The notes under the pieces: generated by a model | Seen by the model: the letters and a program-made list of their open reading frames with translations, nothing else | What the model was told of the DNA's origin: nothing | Databases searched by the model: none | Shown here: piece after piece, positions 54,030 through 64,000 of the stretch | Numbering within the stretch: position 1 is the stretch's first letter | Layout of the letters: the number at the start of each line of letters is the position of its first letter | Made by a program: the position numbers and the translations under genes | Assembly (NCBI GenBank): GCA_029012365.1 | Contig: JAQXLY010000063.1 | Coordinates: 5,139 to 69,138 of the forward strand | DNA: 64,000 nucleotides | Origin: Lachnospiraceae bacterium | GTDB lineage: Bacteria; Bacillota; Clostridia; Lachnospirales; Lachnospiraceae | Direction of reading: 5' to 3'

Positions 54030-55811
54030 ATGAAGAAGGTAAGTTTTTATTTAAGAAAGTATTGGTTTGCATATCTGATTGCATTTATTTGTCTGGTAGC
54101 ACAAATTGTAATCGACATGTTAAATCCGTTGGTAACGGTGCGGATTATCGATGATGTCATCGGGAAGGGAGAGCTTTGGATGCTAAAGTATTCTCTTCTG
54201 ATGCTTTTTGTGTTTGCTCTCGGAAGGGTAATATTCGGATATGCGAAGGAATATCTGTTTGACGTGACCAGTTTTAAAATCGGAGTGGATATCCGGAAAA
54301 ATTTATTCAGACATATCCAGAAGCTTTCGGTAAACTATTTTGATAAGAGTAATACCGGGGAAATCATGTCCAGAGTAAAGGATGATGTTGACCGGATTCA
54401 AAGCTCGTTCGGTTATATCGGAATGCTTATGATTATGGTTGTAATTCATATGACCATGGTAGTTTTTTGTATGGTGCGGATAAGCCTGAAGCTGTCTGTA
54501 ATTCCGTTGATTGCGATTCCGGTCTGTGCGTTTCTTGCAATTGTTCTGGAGAAAAAGTTAGATAAGGTATACGAGGATATCAGCGAAGAGAACGCAGAGA
54601 TGAATACGGTTGCGGAAGAAAATCTGGCAGGTGTGCGTACCGTAAAGGCATTTGCAAGAGAAAAACATGAGATTGCAAAGTTTTTGGTACATAACAGGAA
54701 GTACTATGATTTAAATATGCGTCAGTCAAAGCTGTGGATTCGGTATAATCCGTTCTTTCAGATGATTACGAAGGTATTACCGTTAAGTGCCGTTATGTTC
54801 GGAGGAATTATGGTAATGAACGGGGAAATGACACTTGGCAGACTGGGAGCGTTTATTGAATACTGTAACAATGTGGTATGGCCGCTTGAAATGCTAGGCT
54901 GGCTTTCCAATGAGCTTGCAGCGGCTTTCGCGTCTGCAAAAAAGATTAACAGGATTTATAATGAAACACCGATGATTCAGGAGACGGAAGCTCCTGCGCT
55001 TTTGGAACAGGTTAAGGGTGAGATTACCTTTGACCGGGTTTCTCTGGAGTTAGAGGGCAAGCAGATATTAAAGGATGTTTCGTTCAGCCTTCCGGCAGGA
55101 AATACGCTCGGAATTATCGGTGCTACCGGTTCCGGAAAGAGCTCTGTTATTAATCTGCTGCTTCGTATGTATGATGCAAACAGCGGAAGTATTTGTCTTG
55201 ATGGAGTAAATGTTAAGGAATTGTCTCTGGGACAGCTGCGTGAGAGCATTTCGGTAGTAATGCAGGATGTGTTTCTGTTTTCGGATACGGTGAGTGAAAA
55301 TGTGAAGCTCGGAAAGAAAAATATTCTTTCGGACGAGGAGGTCGGCAGTGCATTAGAAAGGTCTCAGGCTGCAGACTTTGTAGCCCGTCTTGAAGACGGA
55401 GATAAGACTGTTATCGGTGAACGGGGTGTCGGCCTTTCGGGCGGTCAGAAACAGCGAATCAGTATGGCAAGAGCGTTTGCTAAGAATACTCCGGTACTGG
55501 TTCTGGATGATTCTACTTCGGCACTGGATATGGAAACCGAGCGAATGATTCAAAAGACTTTGAACGATATTACGGGGATAACGAAGCTTATTATAGCGCA
55601 TCGAATCTCATCGGTACGACATGCGGATGAGATTATTGTACTGGAGGAAGGAAAAATCACTGAGAGGGGAACCCATGAGGAGCTGCTTGCCCAAAAAGGA
55701 TACTACTATAAGACCTATCAGGCACAGTATGGTGAGTATATGGGAGATTCCCAAAGGGATTCCGAGAGAGAAGAGAAGGGAACGTATGAGCCGGTTCCGG
55801 CGGAAGGATAG
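54030..55811 (+). CDS. ABC exporter half-transporter (TMD-NBD), subunit with a non-canonical Walker B
   Basis: Six TM helices plus an NBD: [17 protein letters not shown], and VLVLDDSTSALD (Asp where the catalytic Glu normally sits). Confidence 0.9.
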   Translation: MKKVSFYLRKYWFAYLIAFICLVAQIVIDMLNPLVTVRIIDDVIGKGELWMLKYSLLMLFVFALGRVIFGYAKEYLFDVTSFKIGVDIRKNLFRHIQKLSVNYFDKSNTGEIMSRVKDDVDRIQSSFGYIGMLMIMVVIHMTMVVFCMVRISLKLSVIPLIAIPVCAFLAIVLEKKLDKVYEDISEENAEMNTVAEENLAGVRTVKAFAREKHEIAKFLVHNRKYYDLNMRQSKLWIRYNPFFQMITKVLPLSAVMFGGIMVMNGEMTLGRLGAFIEYCNNVVWPLEMLGWLSNELAAAFASAKKINRIYNETPMIQETEAPALLEQVKGEITFDRVSLELEGKQILKDVSFSLPAGNTLGIIGATGSGKSSVINLLLRMYDANSGSICLDGVNVKELSLGQLRESISVVMQDVFLFSDTVSENVKLGKKNILSDEEVGSALERSQAADFVARLEDGDKTVIGERGVGLSGGQKQRISMARAFAKNTPVLVLDDSTSALDMETERMIQKTLNDITGITKLIIAHRISSVRHADEIIVLEEGKITERGTHEELLAQKGYYYKTYQAQYGEYMGDSQRDSEREEKGTYEPVPAEG

Positions 55812-55823
55812 AGGTGAGAAGCT

Positions 55824-57596
55824 ATGGCTAGAAATGCAACAAAACAGGATGAACAGATTGTGACAAAGACAAAACGGGAAACGTTAATTCGTTTGTTTCG
55901 GTATTTGTTTGCGTACAAAAAGACGATTGCGGTTGTTATGCTTTTGATGGCAGGAAGTACAACGATAGTATTACTGAATCCGTTGATTTTAGAACGTGCG
56001 ATTGATGTTCATATCAAGAATAAGGATGCGGAAGGGTTAATGAAGCTTTGTGGCTGCGGTATTCTTCTGAATGTAATTCTGATTCTTTTGATTAAACTCA
56101 GAATGTATCTGATGGCAAAGGTGTCGAATGATGTTCTGGTAAAGATACGTCAGGAATTATATGAACATATTCAGACACTCGGATTTCAGTTCTTTGACAG
56201 CAGACCGACAGGAAAGATTTTGGCACGTCTGATGGGGGATGTAAACTCTTTAAAGGATGTACTCGCGAACAGTGTGACGACGTTTATTCCGGATGCGGTG
56301 ACGTTACTTGCGGTAATCGTTATAATGATTGCAAAGAACGGAAAGCTGGGGCTGGCCTCTATGAGTGCCCTGCCGCTGATGGAAATCGGTGTATGGTTTG
56401 TACAGAGCAAGTCTCATAAGCGCTGGCAGGTTTTCCGAAAGAAAACCTCCAATCTGAATGCTTTTTTGCACGAGGATATTTCGGGAATCCGTGTGATTCA
56501 GAGCTTTCATGCGGAAGCAGAGACAGAGGGAACCTTTGATGATTTGTTAAAGCAGCATTATGATTCCTTTGACATGGCAGTGCGTTATGCGGATGCATTC
56601 AGCCCTGTAGTAGATATCTGTTGGGGAATTGCAGGAATCATGATGTACTGGGTCGGTGTGGCATTAATCGGAAAAGGGGAAGTGCAGGTAGGTGCACTGA
56701 TTGCCTTCGGCAGTTATATTGCCATGTTCTGGCAGCCTCTTATGAATCTCAGTAACTTTTACAATCAGCTTGTAACAAATATTACCGGAGCCGAGCGAAT
56801 TTTTGAGATTCTTGACACTAAGCCGGAAATAACGGATGCAGAGGATTCGATAGACCTTCCGACGGTACGGGGAGAGGTTTCTTTTTCCCATGTGTCTTTC
56901 CATTATGATGAGGACCCGGATGTATTGTCAGATGTGAGCTTTCATGTAAATCCGGGTGAAACCATTGCACTGGTCGGTCCGACCGGTGCAGGAAAGTCAA
57001 CCATTGTGAACCTGCTTTCCCGCTTTTATGACGTGCAGGAGGGCGAAATAAGAATCGACGGGTATGATATTAAGAAGGTTTCTGTTGAAAGTCTGCGCAG
57101 GCAGATGGGTATAATGACACAGGAAAACTTTTTGTTCTCCGGTACGATACGGGATAATATCCGTTACGGAAATCTGGAAGCCACGGATGAAGAGATTGAA
57201 GCTGCGGCAAAGGCAGTAAATGCCCATGACTTTATCATGAAGCTTGAGAACGGATACGATACAAAGATTAAGGAACGTGGGGCCGGGCTTTCCATCGGTC
57301 AAAGACAGTTACTTGCCTTTGCCAGAACCATGGTTTGTGCACCGCGTATCCTCATTCTGGATGAGGCTACTTCAAGTATTGATACGCATACAGAGCTTTT
57401 GGTACAACAGGGAATCGAAACTCTTTTAAAAGGACGCACCTCGTTTGTCGTTGCACATCGTCTATCTACCATTCAGAAGGCAGACCGTATTTTTGTGGTA
57501 GACCATGGCGGAATCATAGAAGAGGGAAGTGCGGCGGAACTTATGGAAAAAAGAGGAGAATATTATAAGCTGTATATGGCACAGTTTGAAAATTAA
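55824..57596 (+). CDS. ABC exporter half-transporter (TMD-NBD), subunit with canonical Walker B and a degenerate signature
   Basis: GPTGAGKST, LSIGQRQL (degenerate LSGGQ), ILILDEATSSID. Confidence 0.9.
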   Translation: MARNATKQDEQIVTKTKRETLIRLFRYLFAYKKTIAVVMLLMAGSTTIVLLNPLILERAIDVHIKNKDAEGLMKLCGCGILLNVILILLIKLRMYLMAKVSNDVLVKIRQELYEHIQTLGFQFFDSRPTGKILARLMGDVNSLKDVLANSVTTFIPDAVTLLAVIVIMIAKNGKLGLASMSALPLMEIGVWFVQSKSHKRWQVFRKKTSNLNAFLHEDISGIRVIQSFHAEAETEGTFDDLLKQHYDSFDMAVRYADAFSPVVDICWGIAGIMMYWVGVALIGKGEVQVGALIAFGSYIAMFWQPLMNLSNFYNQLVTNITGAERIFEILDTKPEITDAEDSIDLPTVRGEVSFSHVSFHYDEDPDVLSDVSFHVNPGETIALVGPTGAGKSTIVNLLSRFYDVQEGEIRIDGYDIKKVSVESLRRQMGIMTQENFLFSGTIRDNIRYGNLEATDEEIEAAAKAVNAHDFIMKLENGYDTKIKERGAGLSIGQRQLLAFARTMVCAPRILILDEATSSIDTHTELLVQQGIETLLKGRTSFVVAHRLSTIQKADRIFVVDHGGIIEEGSAAELMEKRGEYYKLYMAQFEN

Positions 57597-57656
57597 AATT
57601 ATGTCGCTTTTTAACGCAGACTATTTATCTCAGGGTGAAAAGTTTTGAATAGAGGG

Positions 57657-57685
57657 TTGAGTTTTTTGCTCCTATCTTATATAAT
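57657..57685 (+). promoter_or_regulatory. promoter for uppP
   Basis: TTGAGT, 17 nt, TATAAT. Confidence 0.5.
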
Positions 57686-57717
57686 AAAAGGATAAGATAG
57701 TAGAAAGAGGGATAGAA

Positions 57718-58578
57718 ATGGAGTTAATTAAAGCGATTGTCTTAGGGCTGATTCAGGGATTAGCAGAGTTTTTGCCAATCAGCAGTTCGGGACATCTGGC
57801 AATTTTTAAGCATGTGCTTGGGTTTGATACGGATACAGGGCTGCTGTTTGATGTTTTGTTACATTTAGGAACGCTTGCAGCAGTCTTTGTAGCGTTCCGG
57901 AAGGATATTTTTGAGTTGGTTAAGGAAGGTTTTGCTATTATCGGTCAGTTTTTCAAAAGTGTCTTTTTGAGTCTTTTTAAGAAGAAAAAATGGCAGCCGG
58001 TAGTGACAACACCGTACCGCCGTTTTGTTATGCTTGTGATTATTTCTACCATACCTACCGGCATATTGGGTGTTTTGCTCAGTGATGTTATTAATGCTGC
58101 ATCGGCAACGCTTATTGTGCCGGGGATTTTGCTTCTTATAAACGGTGTTCAGCTTCTGATTTCCGACCGGCTGCCGGACGGAAGACTTACGGAGGAGAAT
58201 GCCTCTTATACGAAGGCGGCAGTAGTCGGTGTAGCACAGGGCATTGCAACCTTTCCGGGAATTTCCCGTTCGGGAACAACAATTACGGCATGTCTTGCCT
58301 GTGGATTTTCACGTGAATTTGCGGTAAAATATTCCTTTATTATGTCGATTCCGGCGATTCTCGGAGCTCTTGTTCTGGAACTGCTTGATTTTACGCCGGA
58401 GCTTTTGTCCGCCTCGGATGCGGTGAATTATCTGGTTGGAACGGTAATTGCGGGAATTGTCGGGTATGTTTGTATTAAGACAATGCTTGTTGTTGTAAAG
58501 GGAAAGAAGTTTAAATATTTTGCTTATTATTGCTTCGCAATGGGAGCATTTGCAGTATTGTTCAGCTTTTTGATATAG
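57718..58578 (+). CDS. uppP: undecaprenyl-diphosphate phosphatase
   Basis: [18 protein letters not shown]...[10 protein letters not shown], the canonical BacA/UppP sequence. Confidence 0.9.
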   Translation: MELIKAIVLGLIQGLAEFLPISSSGHLAIFKHVLGFDTDTGLLFDVLLHLGTLAAVFVAFRKDIFELVKEGFAIIGQFFKSVFLSLFKKKKWQPVVTTPYRRFVMLVIISTIPTGILGVLLSDVINAASATLIVPGILLLINGVQLLISDRLPDGRLTEENASYTKAAVVGVAQGIATFPGISRSGTTITACLACGFSREFAVKYSFIMSIPAILGALVLELLDFTPELLSASDAVNYLVGTVIAGIVGYVCIKTMLVVVKGKKFKYFAYYCFAMGAFAVLFSFLI

Positions 58579-58594
58579 GCGTAAGGAGGAAAAG

Positions 58595-61516
58595 ATGGCA
58601 TCCGGAAGTAAAGGAACAGGGGCAAGACGGAGTACCGGTACAGGTACCTCCCGCGTAAACTCCGGGAACGGTACAAAGCGTACTACGGGTACGAAAAAAG
58701 CAGGAAGTACCGGAAGCGGCACGAAACGCAGCTCATCCACGCAGAATCGTAAGAATCAGAGAAATACTGCGTCCATTGAGATTCAGAACGAAATAATTCT
58801 TATGATTACCCTTGTGGTTGCGGTATTGTTGTTTTTAAGTCATTTTAATCTCGGTGGGGCTGTCGGCAGCACAATCAACGGAATTATGTTTGGTTTGTTC
58901 GGAATCGTAGCATATTTGTTTCCGGTTATTCTGTTTTTCGGCATGGCTTTTTTCCTTGCAAACAGAGGCAGCCGTACCTTAACGTCGAAAATGTTATATG
59001 CTATCGGAATGTTGTTTATGCTTACCGCATTTATTCAGTTACTTACAACCTATCTGCCTGAGCAGTTAAGTGCGGTAAAGGCAGGGGAGGAAATTACGCC
59101 GGGACAGTATTTTGCATTAGCGAGGGCTTATAAAAAGGGTGGCGGTATTTTCGGAGGACTGATATGCTATTTGTTTGAACCTCTTTTCGGAAAAGTCGGT
59201 TCTTATGTTGTAGTAACAGCACTGTTTTTGGTATTTTTTATGCTGTTTTCCAGAAAGGCTATTTTTGCGTGGATTGCAAAGCGCAGCAATGAGCGTTATG
59301 CATTACATAAAGTGCATGCTATGGAACGAAGAGAGTCTTATGAAGAACGTCAGGCAGAAAGAGCACGTCTTATAGAAGAAAAGCGCAAAGAGCTTGGAGA
59401 ACGAAGAGCGAAGACCTTTTTATTATCGGAAGAAGAGAAGGCAAAGATGGAGTCTGCAGTCGGGACTACAACTGTAGCACAGACACCCGTACAGGATAAT
59501 TCACTATCGGTACGTGCAAAGAAAGAAAAACGGAATTTCTTTGGCGGCAAGACACCGACAGGGAATTTTACCATTGATTTGAATAATCAGTATACCTTGC
59601 CGGAGCAGACGATTTCCGAAGTGAATGCGCTGTATGGAGAGGAAAGAAAGGCACAGAAGGCAGGACTTCGTATGACGGAAATATCTCCGGAAACGGGTGA
59701 ATACAAAAATACTACATATGTAGAACGTGAGATGATAACAGAGCCTGCGAGTACGGAGGAGAATCTATCCGTTACGGAAAGCGGTTCTTTGCATAGGATG
59801 AATACTCCACGGAAGGGTCCTACGGTGGCAGAGCAGCTTGAAGCCATGGGGGATGACGGGATGCGGCAGACCTCCGGCGGACAGAGGTTTCGTGCGGCTG
59901 CTTCCGCGGATGATGAGAAGAGCGTGAAGAATGTGCCGCAGGAGAATGCAGGCAATATAAATAATACCGGTAAATCCGATAGTTCTCAAAATGCTAGTGC
60001 GGCCGAGCCGTTGATAATTGAGGAGAGTGAACTGATAAAAAGGTACGAGTTTCCGCCGATTGATTTACTCACAAAGCCAAAGGGGACAAAAGGTGTCTCC
60101 GAGCGGGATTTACAGGAAACGGCAATGAAGCTGCAGCATACACTGGATAGCTTCGGAGTACGTGTTATTGTCACGAATGTAAGCTGCGGTCCTGCGGTTA
60201 CACGGTATGAGCTTCAGCCGGAGCAGGGTGTGAAGGTCAGTAAGATTACAAGTCTTGCGGATGATATTAAGCTGAATCTGGCTGCGGCGGATGTGCGTAT
60301 CGAAGCGCCGATTCCGGGAAAAGCGGCTGTGGGTATCGAAGTGCCGAATAAAGAAAATTCCACGGTACTGTTACGTGAGCTGCTGGAGTCCTCCGAATTT
60401 ACCGGACACGCCTCCAATGTGGCTTTTGCGGTCGGCAAGGATATCGGCGGTCAGACTGTGGTAACGGATATTGCAAAGATGCCTCACCTTTTGATTGCGG
60501 GAGCTACCGGTTCCGGTAAGTCGGTATGTATCAATACGCTTATTATGAGTATTTTATATAAAGCAGACCCGTCGGAGGTAAAGCTGATTATGGTTGACCC
60601 GAAGGTGGTAGAGCTTTCGGTGTACAACGGTATTCCTCATCTGATGATTCCGGTAGTAACCGACCCGAAGAAGGCGAGTGCCGCGCTGAACTGGGCGGTC
60701 ATTGAGATGACCGAGCGTTACCAGAAGTTTGCGGAGCTCGGAGTACGTGATTTAAAGGGATATAACGAGCGTGTGGACGAGGCTGCAAAGCAGGGGATGG
60801 AAGAAGAGAAGTACAAGCACCTTCCTCAGATTGTCATTATTGTGGACGAGCTTGCGGACCTTATGATGGTGGCACCGGGCGAAGTCGAGGATTCGATTTG
60901 CCGTCTGGCACAGCTTGCACGTGCGGCAGGCTTACATCTGGTGATTGCGACACAGCGTCCTTCGGTAAATGTCATTACAGGACTCATTAAGGCAAATATT
61001 CCGTCCCGTATTGCGTTTGCGGTATCTTCGGCGATTGATTCCAGAACCATCCTTGACGGTGCGGGGGCGGAAAAGCTTCTCGGCAAGGGAGATATGTTAT
61101 TCTTCCCATCGGGCTATTCGAAGCCTGTGCGTGTACAGGGTGCCTTTGTTTCCGACAAAGAAGTGAGTGCGGTGGTAGATTTCTTGAAAGCAAATAATGA
61201 AGGCGGTGCCTATAACGCAGAGGTATCCGAGAAGATTACCAGTATGCCGGCCGGTGGTGCGGATACAGCCGGGGCTTCCGGTAACTCAAGCGGTTACGAT
61301 GAGTATTTTGCAGACGCGGGTAAGCTGATTATCGAAAAGGATAAGGCATCCATCGGTATGCTGCAGCGTGCTTATAAAATCGGGTTTAACCGTGCGGCAC
61401 GGATTATGGACCAGCTTGCGGAGGCAGGTGTAGTAGGTCCGGAAGAGGGCACAAAGCCGCGCAAGGTGCTGATGACAGCGGAGGAGTTTGAGCAGTATAT
61501 CGGGGACTATGTATAA
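58595..61516 (+). CDS. ftsK: DNA translocase FtsK/SpoIIIE
   Basis: N-terminal TM helices, long linker, motor domain ([27 protein letters not shown]), and C-terminal gamma winged helix ([24 protein letters not shown]). Confidence 0.9.
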   Translation: MASGSKGTGARRSTGTGTSRVNSGNGTKRTTGTKKAGSTGSGTKRSSSTQNRKNQRNTASIEIQNEIILMITLVVAVLLFLSHFNLGGAVGSTINGIMFGLFGIVAYLFPVILFFGMAFFLANRGSRTLTSKMLYAIGMLFMLTAFIQLLTTYLPEQLSAVKAGEEITPGQYFALARAYKKGGGIFGGLICYLFEPLFGKVGSYVVVTALFLVFFMLFSRKAIFAWIAKRSNERYALHKVHAMERRESYEERQAERARLIEEKRKELGERRAKTFLLSEEEKAKMESAVGTTTVAQTPVQDNSLSVRAKKEKRNFFGGKTPTGNFTIDLNNQYTLPEQTISEVNALYGEERKAQKAGLRMTEISPETGEYKNTTYVEREMITEPASTEENLSVTESGSLHRMNTPRKGPTVAEQLEAMGDDGMRQTSGGQRFRAAASADDEKSVKNVPQENAGNINNTGKSDSSQNASAAEPLIIEESELIKRYEFPPIDLLTKPKGTKGVSERDLQETAMKLQHTLDSFGVRVIVTNVSCGPAVTRYELQPEQGVKVSKITSLADDIKLNLAAADVRIEAPIPGKAAVGIEVPNKENSTVLLRELLESSEFTGHASNVAFAVGKDIGGQTVVTDIAKMPHLLIAGATGSGKSVCINTLIMSILYKADPSEVKLIMVDPKVVELSVYNGIPHLMIPVVTDPKKASAALNWAVIEMTERYQKFAELGVRDLKGYNERVDEAAKQGMEEEKYKHLPQIVIIVDELADLMMVAPGEVEDSICRLAQLARAAGLHLVIATQRPSVNVITGLIKANIPSRIAFAVSSAIDSRTILDGAGAEKLLGKGDMLFFPSGYSKPVRVQGAFVSDKEVSAVVDFLKANNEGGAYNAEVSEKITSMPAGGADTAGASGNSSGYDEYFADAGKLIIEKDKASIGMLQRAYKIGFNRAARIMDQLAEAGVVGPEEGTKPRKVLMTAEEFEQYIGDYV

Positions 61517-61558
61517 GTATTTGTAAGCAGACTGCAGGAAAACTAAGGAGGACTTTAT

Positions 61559-61924
61559 ATGGAAATATTGGAACTGATGCATATGCTCATGGAGAATCTG
61601 GTGGAGGTTGCCATTCTTATTTTTGAGTTTATCGGAGTGGGCGTCATTATTTGGTCCGGCATCAAAGGATTTGTGTATTATATAACAAAAAATCCGAATG
61701 TGAAGCTGACATTGGCACAGGGACTTGCAATCGGTCTTGAGTTTAAGCTCGGCAGTGAGATTTTAAAGACCGTTGTCGTCAGAGAATGGCAGGAAATTGT
61801 AACTGTCGGTGCAATTATAGCGCTCAGAGCGGCTCTTACGTTTCTGATTCACTGGGAAATCAAGGAAGAGCATAAAGATAAGCTGGAGGCCGCACAAGAG
61901 AGTCTGAAGAATGAAGAAAAATAA
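61559..61924 (+). CDS. DUF1622 domain-containing membrane protein
   Basis: 121 aa with the [16 protein letters not shown] motif, as in DUF1622. Confidence 0.65.
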   Translation: MEILELMHMLMENLVEVAILIFEFIGVGVIIWSGIKGFVYYITKNPNVKLTLAQGLAIGLEFKLGSEILKTVVVREWQEIVTVGAIIALRAALTFLIHWEIKEEHKDKLEAAQESLKNEEK

Positions 61925-61977
61925 TAATCGGAGTGCCAGTCATTGACACTACCGTAAAAATAAGGAGGAACGGTAAG

Positions 61978-63648
61978 ATGAAGACAGATATTGAAATCGC
62001 ACAGGAGTCGGAGCTGCAGCCGATAAAAGAGGTTGCACTGCAGCTTGGAATTACGGAGGATGAGCTTGATTTTTACGGAAAGTACAAGGCAAAGTTTACG
62101 GATGAGCTTTGGGACAGAGTAAAGGATAATCCGGACGGTAAACTGGTACTTGTAACCGCAATTAATCCGACCCCGGCTGGAGAAGGAAAGACGACGACTA
62201 CCGTGGGCTTAGGTCAGGCCTTCGGAAAGCTTGGAAAGAAGGCTGTGATTGCACTTCGTGAGCCTTCCCTCGGACCGTGCTTTGGTATTAAGGGCGGAGC
62301 GGCAGGCGGCGGCTATGCGCAGGTTGTTCCGATGGAGGATTTAAATCTCCATTTTACTGGTGATTTCCATGCGATTACTTCCGCAAACAATCTGCTTGCG
62401 GCGCTGCTTGATAACCATATCCAGCAGGGCAATGCGCTTCGTATCGACACTAAGCAGGTGATTTGGAAACGTTGTCTTGACATGAATGACCGTGCCCTTC
62501 GTAATATCGTAATCGGTATGGGCAAGAAGGCAGACGGTGTGGTGAGAGAGGATCATTTTATCATCACGGTTGCTTCCGAGATTATGGCAATTCTCTGTCT
62601 TGCCGAAAATATGGAGGATTTAAAGAAACGCCTTGGACGTATTATTGTTGCATATGATTATGACGGCAATCCGGTAACGGCAGAGCAGTTAAAGGCTGTG
62701 GGGGCAATGGCGGCTCTCTTAAAGGATGCCATCCGTCCGAATTTAATCCAGACCTTAGAGCATACGCCTGCCATTGTTCACGGCGGACCGTTTGCCAATA
62801 TTGCACACGGCTGCAACAGTGTCCGTGCTACAAAAACCGCATTAAAGCTTGCTGATTATGTGATTACAGAGGCCGGCTTCGGCGCGGATCTTGGTGCCGA
62901 GAAGTTCCTTGATATCAAGTGCCGTATGGCAGGGTTAAAGCCTGATGCGGTGGTACTTGTTGCAACGGTACGTGCACTTAAGTATAACGGCGGCGTGGCT
63001 AAGGCTGACCTTAGTGCCGAAAATGTTGAGGCATTGAAGAAGGGCATTGTAAATCTTGAAAAGCATATCGAGAATTTACAGAAGTATAAGGTGCCGGTAG
63101 TGGTAACTCTGAACCGTTTCATTACCGATTCTCCGGCAGAGCTCGCTTTTGTAAAGGAGTTCTGTGAAGCAAGAGGTGCAGAGTTTGCACTTTCCGACGT
63201 ATGGGAAAAGGGCGGCGAAGGCGGTATCGAGCTTGCAAATAAGGTACTTTCTACTCTCGAAACAAAGGAAAGTCATTTTGAGCCACTTTATAAGGATGAG
63301 CTTTCTATCTGTGAGAAGATTGAAACCATTGCAAAGGAAATCTACGGTGCAGGTAGTGTAACCTATGACCCGGCCGCAAAGAAGGCGATTGCGAAGATTG
63401 AGGCAATGGGCTTTGGAAATGTGCCGGTATGTATGGCAAAGAACCAGTATTCCTTATCCGATGACCAGACAAAGCTCGGTCGTCCGGAGGGCTTTAACAT
63501 TAATATCCGTGAGGCGTATATTTCCGCAGGTGCAGGCTTTGTGGTTGCGATTACCGGTACGATTATGACCATGCCGGGACTTCCGAAGACACCGGCTGCG
63601 GAGCGCATTGATGTGGATGAAGCAGGAAAAATCACGGGACTGTTCTAA
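61978..63648 (+). CDS. fhs: formate--tetrahydrofolate ligase
   Basis: [20 protein letters not shown]...[15 protein letters not shown]. Start set at the ATG at 61978 behind AAGGAGG. Confidence 0.95.
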   Translation: MKTDIEIAQESELQPIKEVALQLGITEDELDFYGKYKAKFTDELWDRVKDNPDGKLVLVTAINPTPAGEGKTTTTVGLGQAFGKLGKKAVIALREPSLGPCFGIKGGAAGGGYAQVVPMEDLNLHFTGDFHAITSANNLLAALLDNHIQQGNALRIDTKQVIWKRCLDMNDRALRNIVIGMGKKADGVVREDHFIITVASEIMAILCLAENMEDLKKRLGRIIVAYDYDGNPVTAEQLKAVGAMAALLKDAIRPNLIQTLEHTPAIVHGGPFANIAHGCNSVRATKTALKLADYVITEAGFGADLGAEKFLDIKCRMAGLKPDAVVLVATVRALKYNGGVAKADLSAENVEALKKGIVNLEKHIENLQKYKVPVVVTLNRFITDSPAELAFVKEFCEARGAEFALSDVWEKGGEGGIELANKVLSTLETKESHFEPLYKDELSICEKIETIAKEIYGAGSVTYDPAAKKAIAKIEAMGFGNVPVCMAKNQYSLSDDQTKLGRPEGFNINIREAYISAGAGFVVAITGTIMTMPGLPKTPAAERIDVDEAGKITGLF

Positions 63649-63655
63649 GAGGGAC

Positions 63656-63851
63656 GTATCATTCCGTTTCTATTGAAATTTGCAAGCCCCAAAGCAGAGT
63701 TTTCCTACGAGAACGCGCTCTCGCTCATGCGGAGACGTAGCGGGTACTAGGTTCGAAAGAACCTCACCAAGTACCGACGTCTCCTTATGGTTCTCTTAAG
63801 GAAAATCTGCTTATGAGGCTTGTGGTATTTTAAAGAGGGGTGGAATGATAC
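63656..63851 (+). ncRNA. candidate structured RNA: ~196-nt irregular hairpin capped by a GAAA tetraloop (6S-RNA-like architecture or an unclassified element)
   Basis: Closing stem gtatcattcc/ggaatgatac. Successive helices: gcaagcc/ggcttgt, aagcaga-ttttcct/aggaaaa-tctgctt, gagaac/gttctc, ggagacgt/acgtctcc, ggtact/agtacc, aggttc-GAAA-gaacct. An 11-nt 5' bulge is present. Several G-U pairs work only on the plus strand. Confidence 0.45.
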
Positions 63852-64000
63852 TGTGTACAGGGTAAGTAACCTGCCCCTCCGGGTTGTCCCTTCTTTGCGC
63901 ATCAATCAGGAGGGGCTCAAATCGTCCGGAGGACGATTGCTCTGAGCCAACCGAAATGGAGTGGTCTTCTTCTGCTATTGAGCTGAGGCGGTACTATGAG
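63852..64000 (+). other. additional structured non-coding sequence, truncated by the window end
   Basis: 8-bp helix gcccctcc (63873-63880) / ggaggggc (63909-63916) and 8-bp hairpin aatcgtcc-gga-ggacgatt (63920-63938). No credible ORF. Confidence 0.3.

Noticed and set aside
63700-63730. THF riboswitch, considered because of the folate context next to fhs
   Set aside because: The reverse complement contains GAGCGAGAGCGCG, which resembles a segment of the THF-riboswitch sequence I remember. The other conserved segments are absent or in the wrong order, and the strand evidence (G-U pairs, GAAA loop) favours the plus strand. I treat this as coincidence pending an Infernal scan.

Overview
This 64-kb window looks like a chromosomal segment from a Firmicutes/Clostridia-type genome. 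The taxon is inferred from gene content (CotH, ComFB, SpoIIIE/FtsK, TepA-like, YqeG), GGAGG ribosome-binding sites and sigma-A-type promoters. I ran no searches; all family calls come from motifs I recognise in the supplied translations. The window is densely coding, with about 60 credible CDS, one tRNA-Leu(CAA) and no rRNA, CRISPR array, transposase or integrase. Most of it is housekeeping: aromatic amino-acid genes (tyrA, aroF, aroK, aroQ), efp, aspartate kinase, lepB, trkA/trkH, gpmI, secG, rnr, smpB, rpsO, pyrBI, a uxaC/LacI-regulator/kdgK hexuronate cluster, pnp, an M16 peptidase, metY, a heterodimeric ABC exporter pair, uppP, ftsK and fhs. The standout is an AT-rich island of about 4.8 kb (roughly 43860-48700) sitting between pnp and the M16 peptidase gene, which are near neighbours in Bacillus-type gene order. 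Spot counts of single 60-nt lines give 20-30% G+C in the island against 48-53% in the flanks. The island carries a blasticidin-S-deaminase-like gene, a phd antitoxin with a C-terminally truncated doc toxin, and a DUF1697 gene. It also holds a translationally coupled four-gene cassette: a PD-(D/E)xK-like nuclease, a 2-TM protein, a beta-CASP metallo-beta-lactamase nuclease and a 4-TM protein. I cannot match this cassette to any named system and flag it as a candidate undescribed defence or abortive-infection module. Other points worth a second look follow. (1) A promoter, 33-codon leader ORF and terminator precede the ABC exporter pair, resembling bmrB-bmrCD. (2) An MTA/SAH-nucleosidase-like domain is fused to a spore-photoproduct-lyase-family radical SAM enzyme and coupled to an SDR gene. 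(3) A ~196-nt imperfect hairpin with a GAAA tetraloop lies downstream of fhs, followed by more structure cut off by the window end. (4) gpmI has a one-base frameshift at its 3' end. (5) There are several domain fusions and gene remnants. Many track ORFs antisense to strong genes, and several N-terminal ORF extensions, were rejected.
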